Of a stretch of 64,000 bases of DNA, positions 1 to 7,789 are shown piece by piece. Source of the DNA: an uncultured bacterium (GTDB taxonomy: Bacteria > Hydrogenedentota > Hydrogenedentia > Hydrogenedentales > Hydrogenedentaceae); the NCBI GenBank assembly GCA_937124615.1, contig CAKZKR010000109.1, positions 12,338 to 76,337 of the forward strand, in the 5' to 3' direction. A model generated the notes under the pieces. It was not told the DNA's origin. It searched no databases and saw only the letters and a list, made by a program, of their open reading frames with translations. Positions within the stretch are counted from its first letter, which is position 1. Each line of letters starts with the position of its first letter. Both the position numbers and the translations under genes were made by a program.

Positions 1-1413
1 AAAGTTCAACAATGGGGTCCCGAAATCAATATTGCTGCTGCAATGGTTGTGGATGTCCCCTCAGGAAAAGTTCTGGCACGAGTTGGAGGTATATTTGAAA
101 GTTCACGAATCCCAGTAAGTTATCTTGATTTTTGTGATGTTCCTCGTTCTCCAGGTTCTGCTTTAAAGCCATTTTTGTATTGTATGGCGATGGAAAAGGG
201 TTTTTTGTTCCCAGAAGAAATTTTGTACGATTCTGATTTTGATGCAAATAATTATGCTCCTAAAAACTTTGATGAAATATTTCATGGGTTCATAGACGCA
301 ACGACGGCTTTGCGCTATTCATTAAATATTCCCGCAGTGATTTTAATGCAAAGAATAGGAACAACCCCATTTGTAAACAAATTAGAAGAATGCGGTCTTC
401 ATTTACAGAAAAATAATCGAAATGTTTTAGAAGCGGGATTAGGTATCGTTTTAGGGAATTGTGAGGTTCGTATGGAGGACATGATGCAAGCATATTTTTG
501 CTTGGCCAATGAGGGTATCTTTAAACAACTTAAATATTATGATGATGGTCAAGAAGATGTTTCTATCCCAGTGTTTGACCATGGAACAGTTTCAATACTT
601 TATAAAATGATGGAAGGAAAATTAGTGGGCGAGGTAGCGCAAAATATTACCCGATTATCAAGGACTCCTATTCGTATATGCTGGAAAACGGGGACATCAT
701 CGGGACGAAGGGATGCATGGGCTTTTGTTTTCAATAGACATTATGTTGTAGGTGTTTGGATGGGGAATCCACAATCAACAGGGAGTGCAAAGTTAGTAGG
801 TGCATTGACAGCATATCCGACAGCATGTGATATATTCCGGATACTTCCAGAAAAAGATACTAATGAGTTTCCTGAATTTCCTAACGAAGATATTCGTCCG
901 ATTGAGGTGTGTAGTTTAAGTGGTTTGCCGGCAAATCCTTTTTGTAAAAAGAAGAAGATTATTTATGTGTCTACAAACTCCCCGTTATCCCGTATTTGTG
1001 ATGTTCATTATTATGATGCTCAAATTGCACAGGTAAAAGAGAGATTTCCATCACGAAGTAAAGATTGGGACCTATCAGAAGTTGGTTTTTTTAGTAAAGA
1101 GAGAGAGAAGAAAGAAATAAAAGTTCCATTAAAGATATTATGTCCTGCGGATAATTCAAAGTTCGCATATAGTTCTGACCCTGAACGGAATAGGATACAG
1201 TTAAAAGCCTCTCGAGAAAATTCTTATAAATTGTATTGGTATGTTGATGATTATTTTTTAGGAGAAAGTTTTGGAGATAAACCGATATGGTGGAATTTTA
1301 CAGTAGGGAAGCATAAAATTTATTGTTTGGATAGTATGGGAAATGATGATACGGTTTTTGTCGAAGTAGTAAAGCCAAGTAATATTTTAAAAGTGGCCAA
1401 TGTAGATAAATAG
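1..1413 (+). CDS. pbpC: Penicillin-binding protein 1C, C-terminal part (5'-partial, ORF enters from upstream of window)
   Basis: Frame 1 is open from nt 1 (KVQQWGPEINIAAAMVVDVPSGKVLARVGG...). The transpeptidase-like core is followed by a long C-terminal domain typical of PBP1C (BiPBP_C-like). Stop at 1411-1413. Confidence 0.6.
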   Translation, partial: KVQQWGPEINIAAAMVVDVPSGKVLARVGGIFESSRIPVSYLDFCDVPRSPGSALKPFLYCMAMEKGFLFPEEILYDSDFDANNYAPKNFDEIFHGFIDATTALRYSLNIPAVILMQRIGTTPFVNKLEECGLHLQKNNRNVLEAGLGIVLGNCEVRMEDMMQAYFCLANEGIFKQLKYYDDGQEDVSIPVFDHGTVSILYKMMEGKLVGEVAQNITRLSRTPIRICWKTGTSSGRRDAWAFVFNRHYVVGVWMGNPQSTGSAKLVGALTAYPTACDIFRILPEKDTNEFPEFPNEDIRPIEVCSLSGLPANPFCKKKKIIYVSTNSPLSRICDVHYYDAQIAQVKERFPSRSKDWDLSEVGFFSKEREKKEIKVPLKILCPADNSKFAYSSDPERNRIQLKASRENSYKLYWYVDDYFLGESFGDKPIWWNFTVGKHKIYCLDSMGNDDTVFVEVVKPSNILKVANVDK

Positions 1414-1414
1414 T

Positions 1415-2968
1415 CTACCAATAAGTGTAAAACAGAACCTCTGTTAAGATTGATTGGAAGATTAGGAAGGAGACGACGGCATTAAAAACATAAATATTAT
1501 TAAAGTGTCTTTGCCAGAATTGTAGAGCGGGAACAAGGAAAAAAGGAAAAACATATAAAGCAGAACGTTCTCCTTCTCCGGGAGCAATGTAAGCAAAATT
1601 AAATATTAGAAATGTTATAAAAAAGACAATGAATTCGGACCTCTCATTTTTATTTTTTGTTCCTATTTGTCCAATAAATCCGACAAGTATGGGAATCCCT
1701 GTAAAGTAAGCCCAGGATAGAGGATTAAAAAATTTAAACCACCATAAGGAATACCGGGGCGCAATAATTTGTAATGCATGGATGTCTTCCTGAAACAATT
1801 TTTGTGCTTGCAAAAATACCGAGATAGGTTTGTATCCTGTGAAGTAATAAAGAAAGAGATAAAATAGAAGGAATCCCGTAAGCATATATAAAGATAATTG
1901 TGTAAGTCGTGTAAAAGTTTTTTCTTTTTTATAGAGGAATAAAAGTCCTCGCAGAAGAAAATAAATCCCAACCGATAGTAAAGTAAACTTGAATAGAGAT
2001 AAAATTGCGAACATTATTCCTGATAAAAATATTAAAGAAAGGGAAGAAATTCTTAATGATTTATCAAATGTCCACAAAGAAAGGAATAAGAAAGGCATGT
2101 AAAGTATTTCTGTAGAGGTAGCACAAAACAATACTATTGATGGGATAAGTGTGTATAGAAATGTTGCTATAAGAGCTGTTTTATTATCGTTATTTGACAT
2201 TTCTTTAACCCAAAAAAATAGTGGAAAAATGGCAAGTGCACCAAAAAGTATAGTACATAAAGATAGAGCTAAAGGGGATTTCCCAACAAGATAAGAGAAA
2301 AACCAGAGTAAGGAAAGGGGACCCGGAGGTGCTAATCTTCCATGAAGAGATAGATAAGATTGTATTTCATGATAACGGTTAAAGAGACTGTATATGTTGT
2401 TTGTAATACCAATATCTCCGATATATTCATATTTTGTTCTCTGGTAAGGTTGTACGATACCGAGAAGCCCGTCGCGAATACTTGCGACCTCAATGGAAAA
2501 TAAGACATAGAAAAAATATATTCCTATCAGGACAAACCCTATTCTTTTTATGTTTTCAAAATTTTCATTATTAAGGATTTTTATAAGGAATGGGGAAAAA
2601 AGGACTACTAAAAAGAATAATGAAAAATGAAGAAGTATATTTATGGAAAAAACTTTTTCTGCAATGTAGGAACTAAATAAGAGAGAAAAAGATAGAAAAA
2701 ATATAAAGATTATCCGAATCGTTTTTTTATTTATAAATAAAATGGATAGCATTCCCAATAAAATAAGTATTGGTAGTTGTAGGGAGGAGGTAAAAGATGG
2801 ATATATCGGTTTCCATAATGCATAAAAGGGTGTAATATGCCGGTAAATAGGCTCTATCCCTATAAAATGAAATAGGATAACAACAAAGAAGTACCCAAGG
2901 AGCGTACAAGAAAAGATAATTAAGTGGTGTATTCCATTTGTTTTATTTAAATCATGTTCTGAGTCCAT
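1415..2968 (-). CDS. Polytopic integral membrane protein, GT-C-fold (ArnT/PMT-like) glycosyltransferase candidate
   Basis: 517 aa, extremely hydrophobic, with more than 10 predicted TM helices. Length and topology resemble family 39/83 glycosyltransferases. Convergent with pbpC, 1 nt apart. Confidence 0.4.
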   Translation of the reverse strand: MDSEHDLNKTNGIHHLIIFSCTLLGYFFVVILFHFIGIEPIYRHITPFYALWKPIYPSFTSSLQLPILILLGMLSILFINKKTIRIIFIFFLSFSLLFSSYIAEKVFSINILLHFSLFFLVVLFSPFLIKILNNENFENIKRIGFVLIGIYFFYVLFSIEVASIRDGLLGIVQPYQRTKYEYIGDIGITNNIYSLFNRYHEIQSYLSLHGRLAPPGPLSLLWFFSYLVGKSPLALSLCTILFGALAIFPLFFWVKEMSNNDNKTALIATFLYTLIPSIVLFCATSTEILYMPFLFLSLWTFDKSLRISSLSLIFLSGIMFAILSLFKFTLLSVGIYFLLRGLLFLYKKEKTFTRLTQLSLYMLTGFLLFYLFLYYFTGYKPISVFLQAQKLFQEDIHALQIIAPRYSLWWFKFFNPLSWAYFTGIPILVGFIGQIGTKNKNERSEFIVFFITFLIFNFAYIAPGEGERSALYVFPFFLVPALQFWQRHFNNIYVFNAVVSFLIFQSILTEVLFYTYW

Positions 2969-3170
2969 TATATGTCCTGCATTGATATAAAAAAGATGTA
3001 TATATTGTCTTTTATTTTTTCGTTTATATGAAAATAGCGGAGTATTTATTTTTCAATAAGAACTTTTTAATAAAATGACACATAAATACTATATATAAAA
3101 AGGTAAACAAGTAAAAAGTGGGTGTTTTATGGTATTATAGTCTTCTTAAGGAGGGAAGATAACATTAAAA

Positions 3171-3974
3171 ATGCAATGGTTGTATCAGGAATATTGGAAA
3201 AAGAAAAAAGATTCGAGAAGAATTCGCAAAGCGTTTTTTTTCTCGATACTTATACATATTATTATTTTTGTTCCTTTCTATTTTTACAAAATCAGAACTC
3301 CAGAACCAATACCATTAGTGTTCCAGGTTTCCTTGGAGAATCCGGTGCCGGATAAGCCGATAACACAGGAGCCTCCACCGGAACCTCCTAAGCCCGAACC
3401 TCCAAAACCGGAACCCCCCAAACCCGAACCTCCTAAGCCGGAACCACCGAAACCGGAACCCCCCAAGCCGGAACCTCCGAAACCCGAACCCCCGAAACCC
3501 AAACCGAAACCGAAGCCCGAAAAAAAAATACCTGAAGAAAAACCCAAAGAAAAACCCGAACCCCCAAAACCAAAACCCGAACCCAAAAAGGAACAGCCAC
3601 CTCCAAAGGAACAGAAACCAACCCCAAAGCAGGAAGTTCCCCCAGTGCCCTCTGCCCCTAAAGCACAGGTTGCAAATCCTTTGCCACCTGAACTAGAATG
3701 GTGGGCAAGACAAGTGCAAAGGAAGATAGAGTATACATGGGTTGTTCCAAGTGGGATAAAGATAGACAATGAGAATAATGTTGCAGAAGTATCTTTCTGG
3801 GTGAATAGAAATGGGGAACTTCTTGAGCAACCTGTAGTTACTAAGGAAGCCAGCGACCCGGAATTAGGAGAATCTGGAGTAAGAGCAATCCTTCTTGCCG
3901 CTCCTTTTCCTCGTTTTCCCGATGGGTTTAATAAAGATGAGCAACTTGTGGTTTATGCTTTTTCTTTAGAGTAG
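3171..3974 (+). CDS. TonB/TolA-family energy transducer (N-terminal TM anchor, Pro-rich spacer, TonB_C-like C-terminus)
   Basis: N-terminal hydrophobic helix (FFFSILIHIIIFVPFYFY), then (PEPPK)n repeats, then a C-terminal segment (NGELLEQPVVTKEASDPELGESGVRAILLAAPFPRFPDG) like a TonB C-terminal domain. Lies immediately upstream of tolB. Confidence 0.65.
   Translation: MQWLYQEYWKKKKDSRRIRKAFFFSILIHIIIFVPFYFYKIRTPEPIPLVFQVSLENPVPDKPITQEPPPEPPKPEPPKPEPPKPEPPKPEPPKPEPPKPEPPKPEPPKPKPKPKPEKKIPEEKPKEKPEPPKPKPEPKKEQPPPKEQKPTPKQEVPPVPSAPKAQVANPLPPELEWWARQVQRKIEYTWVVPSGIKIDNENNVAEVSFWVNRNGELLEQPVVTKEASDPELGESGVRAILLAAPFPRFPDGFNKDEQLVVYAFSLE
3358..3505. repeat. Tandem 15-nt repeat encoding (PEPPK)x~9 followed by (PK)n inside the tonB/tolA-like gene
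   Basis: Near-perfect 15-bp units ccgaaaccggaaccc / ccgaacctcctaagc read directly in the sequence. The antisense ORF 3284..3769 (G/S-rich) is a shadow of this repeat. Confidence 0.85.
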
Positions 3975-4070
3975 CTTAATAAGGGAAATAGTAGTAACAT
4001 GCTTGTAAATGTAAGTGGTATTTATTTTTGGTTATAATAATATCGAATTTTTTAGATAGAAGTAAAGGAG

Positions 4071-5408
4071 TTGAAAATGGTAAAGAAACAACTATGTATT
4101 ATTGTGTTTTTTTCTTTTTTAACATTTGGTTTAATATCAGAAGTTGTTGCTCAGGATGCCATTCGTATCCAGTCCGTAAGAGGAATTGATAAAAGGATTT
4201 TAATTGCGGTTCCTCCTTTCTGTCCTGATACTCCGGATTTGAGCGGTGTTGCGGTGGAGTTATCGGAGGTAATGGCTTATGACTTGGAGTTTTCGGGGCT
4301 ATTTATTTTGTTGCCACGGGAACGCTATCCTGTTGGATTTGTTACATTGGAAAAAGATGTTGCCAGCATTAATTTTGATGCATGGCGTACTACGAAGGCA
4401 GAGTTTTTGTTATATGGTCTTGTGAAAAGAGATGGTGGAAAATATGTCTGTCAGTTTCGCTTATTAGACCTTATTTCAAGTAATCAGGTCGTTGGAAAAG
4501 AAGTTCGTGTTGATGTATCAAATGCGCGTTTGGCATCGCATCGTTTTTCTGAAGAAGTAATTGCTTTTGTTGATGGAATTCCGGGTGTAGGGACAAGTCA
4601 GATTTGCTTTACTGGGATAGTCGGTAAGAATAAAGAATTGTTTATTGCAGATTATGATGGTGCGAATATAAAACAGATTACGGAACATGGCTCTATCTCA
4701 ATAAAACCGAAGGTCTCTCCGGATGGGATGAAAATTGCCTATCTATCATATAAAGACCGTTATTCCTTCTTGTATATTTTTGACCGTCTAACGGGAAAGG
4801 TTACTCCACTATCAAAAGAAGTGGGGCTGAATTCGGCTCCTTCATGGTTTCCTGAGGGGAATCGGCTGGCAATGACTTTGAGTAAAGACGCGAATATGGA
4901 GATTTATATACGAAATATTGATGGAAGCAATCCTATTCGCATTACGAAAAATAAGGATGCGGACACATCTCCCTGTATTTTAGCGGATGGTTCAAGAATA
5001 GCATTTGTAAGTGACAGGGGGGGCAACCCTCAAATTTATGTTATGGGTGTCGATGGGAGTGACCCGCGTCGTGTTTCTTATCAGGGAGGTAATTCATACG
5101 ACCCTGCAGGGTCTCCTGATGGAAAAATGATTGCCTATGTTGTAGAACAAAGAGGTGAAGGTTTTGAAATATATGTAATGGATGCGGATGGTTCTAATCC
5201 TCGAAGATTAACCAATTCTTATGGAAGTAACGAGTCTCCGACATGGTCACCGGATTCTCGACATGTAATGTTTTGTTCTACCCGAAATGGAAGATGGGAA
5301 TTATGGACGGTCAATGTAAAAACGGGAGAAGAACGAAGAGTCCCGAATTTGAGAATGGAATGTCAAGGACCTTCGTGGGGGCCCCGAATGCAAACGGAAA
5401 ACAAATAA
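4071..5408 (+). CDS. tolB: Tol-Pal system beta-propeller protein TolB
   Basis: Signal peptide, TolB N-terminal domain, then repeated WD40-like/PD40 blades (ISPDGxxIAY, SWSPDGxxLAF motifs). 445 aa, typical TolB length. Confidence 0.85.
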   Translation: MKMVKKQLCIIVFFSFLTFGLISEVVAQDAIRIQSVRGIDKRILIAVPPFCPDTPDLSGVAVELSEVMAYDLEFSGLFILLPRERYPVGFVTLEKDVASINFDAWRTTKAEFLLYGLVKRDGGKYVCQFRLLDLISSNQVVGKEVRVDVSNARLASHRFSEEVIAFVDGIPGVGTSQICFTGIVGKNKELFIADYDGANIKQITEHGSISIKPKVSPDGMKIAYLSYKDRYSFLYIFDRLTGKVTPLSKEVGLNSAPSWFPEGNRLAMTLSKDANMEIYIRNIDGSNPIRITKNKDADTSPCILADGSRIAFVSDRGGNPQIYVMGVDGSDPRRVSYQGGNSYDPAGSPDGKMIAYVVEQRGEGFEIYVMDADGSNPRRLTNSYGSNESPTWSPDSRHVMFCSTRNGRWELWTVNVKTGEERRVPNLRMECQGPSWGPRMQTENK

Positions 5409-5448
5409 GATATTTTTAAGAAAGTGTAAATTAAGAAAGGTCTGATTT

Positions 5449-5916
5449 ATGCCACGGCATAGTGGAGAAAAGTTAATTGTTCAAAATCGGAGGGCTCATT
5501 TTGATTATGAAATATTTGAGCGATATGAATCGGGGGTAGTATTAAAAGGTACGGAAGTGAAATCATTGCGGACTTCAGGGAGTATGTCGATACAGGATGC
5601 GTATGTGGATTACGAAGAAGGAGAGTTGTTTCTTGTGAATTCGTATATTCGCCCTTATGAGCAAGGTAATATTCTAAATCATGACCCGCACCGGAAGAGG
5701 AAACTGCTATTACATAAACGGGAGATTGTTCGTCTTGGGAAAAGAGTTGAGGAAAAGGGGTTGACTTTAATCCCTTTGCGTGTATATTTCAAAAATGGTT
5801 TGGTAAAAATCGAGATTGGATTGGGTCGTGGTAAGAAGGTAATTGATAAACGAGAAGATATAAAAAAGAAAGATACACAAAGAGAGATAGAAAGAGTTAT
5901 AAAAAGATATCGATAA
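5449..5916 (+). CDS. smpB: SsrA-binding protein SmpB
   Basis: 155 aa. N-terminus IVQNRRAHFDYEIFERYESGVVLKGTEVKSLR is the canonical SmpB signature, with a basic C-terminal tail. Confidence 0.9.
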   Translation: MPRHSGEKLIVQNRRAHFDYEIFERYESGVVLKGTEVKSLRTSGSMSIQDAYVDYEEGELFLVNSYIRPYEQGNILNHDPHRKRKLLLHKREIVRLGKRVEEKGLTLIPLRVYFKNGLVKIEIGLGRGKKVIDKREDIKKKDTQREIERVIKRYR

Positions 5917-5969
5917 ATACTCGTTTTATATTAAGAAATGTGTTATATAATTAGGTTGAGGTAACTACT

Positions 5970-6350
5970 ATGGAAATACAAGAACAGAAAAGAACAAATC
6001 CAATTAAATGGGAACCCAAGGATTTTTGGGCACAATATATTGGAGCAATGACTCCATCTGCTTTTCTGAAGATTTCTGGGGTTTATAGTCCTTATAGAGC
6101 GGTTGAAAAGCATCTGAGGAAATTATCCACTTTTTATGGTATTGTTAGGCGAAACACATGGAAGGATACCTTTTCGGGACCTTTACAATTTAATTATGAG
6201 GAAGTATATTGGGGCGTTATTGCATACTTGAAAGAGACAGAAAATGAATGGAAACAGGAATGGAAAGAATTCTGGCTTGCCCAAGATGATGATGACCCAT
6301 TGAGCATTGACAAACAGTCTTCTAAGTCGATGGAAAACCAAACACAATAA
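5970..6350 (+). CDS. Hypothetical protein (126 aa, acidic C-terminus)
   Basis: ORF with good coding periodicity and no recognisable motif. Confidence 0.4.
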   Translation: MEIQEQKRTNPIKWEPKDFWAQYIGAMTPSAFLKISGVYSPYRAVEKHLRKLSTFYGIVRRNTWKDTFSGPLQFNYEEVYWGVIAYLKETENEWKQEWKEFWLAQDDDDPLSIDKQSSKSMENQTQ

Positions 6351-6365
6351 AGTAATAACCTTGAA

Positions 6366-7094
6366 ATGAGTCGTCAACGACATCGTGGAAAGAACCCGGA
6401 AGACGATAAACTATTTAACCCACAACAAATGGTATTGCTAAGAAGTGCCGTAGAGGACCTTTCTTATCTATATACGAGAGGTTATTCTGAAAAGATAGCA
6501 TTGAAGATTGTTGGAGACCATTATCAATTAAAAGGTCGACAAAGGCTTGCAATACAAAGGGCCGTATGTTCCGATGCTTCTCTGGATATACGGAGAAAGA
6601 GTGAGGTAGGGGGGAATTTAAATAAGGGCGAACGATTTCTTATAGATGGATATAATATATTGATTACGGTTGAGAGTTTGCTTTCCGGAGGAGTGTTAAT
6701 TTGCGGAAGAGATGGATGTATTCGTGATATAGCCGGTTTGCATGGGAGTTACCGTCGAGTTGAGGAGACAATCCCTGCTATTGAATGGATTGGTAAAAAT
6801 CTGTCTGTTTTTGAACCTTTGGAAGTATGGTGGTTTTTAGATAAACCCATTTCAAATAGTAAAAGGTTATCTTATTTGTTAAAAGAAATTTCAAATAAAC
6901 ATGACTGGAAATGGGAAATCAAAGTGGTAGATAATCCCGATTATGAAATTGTAAATGAAGAAGGAATTGTAATTTCTTCGGATAGTTGGATTCTTGATAG
7001 AGTTTTTCACTGGTTCAACTTTGTATCTCGTAATATAAAACCTCGTTGGAACAGAGAATATATACTTGATTTTTCGGTAGAGAGGAACAAATAA
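6366..7094 (+). CDS. Hypothetical protein with possible NYN/PIN-like nuclease fold (YacP-like DGYN motif)
   Basis: 242 aa. RFLIDGYNILITVESLL resembles the LLVDGYNV strand motif of YacP/Rae1 NYN domains. This is a weak inference. Confidence 0.35.
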   Translation: MSRQRHRGKNPEDDKLFNPQQMVLLRSAVEDLSYLYTRGYSEKIALKIVGDHYQLKGRQRLAIQRAVCSDASLDIRRKSEVGGNLNKGERFLIDGYNILITVESLLSGGVLICGRDGCIRDIAGLHGSYRRVEETIPAIEWIGKNLSVFEPLEVWWFLDKPISNSKRLSYLLKEISNKHDWKWEIKVVDNPDYEIVNEEGIVISSDSWILDRVFHWFNFVSRNIKPRWNREYILDFSVERNK

Positions 7095-7102
7095 AGGACG
7101 AA

Positions 7103-7789
7103 TTAAAAATACTTTTTTAAACTCTTAATAATTGTATTGATATTATATGGTTTTGATAGGAATCCTTGAATGAAAAAATCTACATCATTTTTATTAACAG
7201 AATGTTTTGAAAATCCTGAACTGAGGAAAATAGGCAGATCCGGAAGTTTTGAACGGATAATACGGGCGGTGTCAATTCCATCCAGGTGAGGCATGGTGAT
7301 GTCTAATATGACTGCTGATAGTTCTTTTTGATATTTTTCAAAGAGTTGTAAAGCCTCACGCCCATCTTTTGCTGTAATTACATCCAAACCCAGTTTTTCA
7401 AGCATTTTTGCTGTAACCTGTAGAACAACAGGTTCATCATCGGCTAATAGAATCAAACCTTTTCCTTTCCATGGAGTTGTATCTTCAACTTCTTGTTGTT
7501 TTTCATGAATGTCTGTTGTGGTAGGGAAAAATAATTTAAATGTAGTACCTTTACCAACCTCGCTATAAACTTTTATAGTTCCATGATGAGCCCGGAGAAT
7601 TCCCATAATTGTAGATAAACCTAAACCTCTACCGTATTCTTTTGTTGTAAAAAACGGGTCAAATATTTTTGACATTGTTTCCGGAGACATACCACAACCA
7701 TTGTCGGAGACCTCAAGAAAGACATACTTTTTGGCCTCTATTTTTTTCCTGGAACCATGTTGTTCGTATAAAGCTTTCTGTAAAATCAA
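7103..7789 (-). CDS. Hybrid sensor histidine kinase, C-terminal part (HATPase G1/G2 boxes plus CheY-like receiver domain), continuation of 7713..9755 in another frame
   Basis: VSDNGCGM (G1) and GRGLGLS (G2) are followed by the receiver LILLADDEPVVL...ILDITMPHLDG. The two ORFs are joined across the homopolymer at 7741-7747. Confidence 0.8.
   Translation of the reverse strand: MILQKALYEQHGSRKKIEAKKYVFLEVSDNGCGMSPETMSKIFDPFFTTKEYGRGLGLSTIMGILRAHHGTIKVYSEVGKGTTFKLFFPTTTDIHEKQQEVEDTTPWKGKGLILLADDEPVVLQVTAKMLEKLGLDVITAKDGREALQLFEKYQKELSAVILDITMPHLDGIDTARIIRSKLPDLPIFLSSGFSKHSVNKNDVDFFIQGFLSKPYNINTIIKSLKKYF

Noticed and set aside
1663-2909. Small ORFs nested in other frames of the membrane-protein gene (1663..1971, 2727..2909), and similar nested ORFs throughout (e.g. 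8422..8676, 10332..10544, 29045..29410, 50000..50197)
   Set aside because: They are overlapped by longer ORFs with clear homology-like motifs. Their amino-acid composition is typical of out-of-frame artefacts in AT-rich DNA.
3358-3505. Possible CRISPR-like array because of regular short repeats
   Set aside because: The units are contiguous 15-mers with no spacers, they lie inside an ORF, and they encode a Pro-rich linker.
3284-3769. Minus-strand ORF (161 aa, Gly/Ser-rich) and ORF 3433..3627
   Set aside because: They are antisense shadows of the PEPPK tandem repeat in the TonB/TolA-like gene. The repetitive low-complexity translation arises trivially from the complement of CCN-GAA-CCN repeats.
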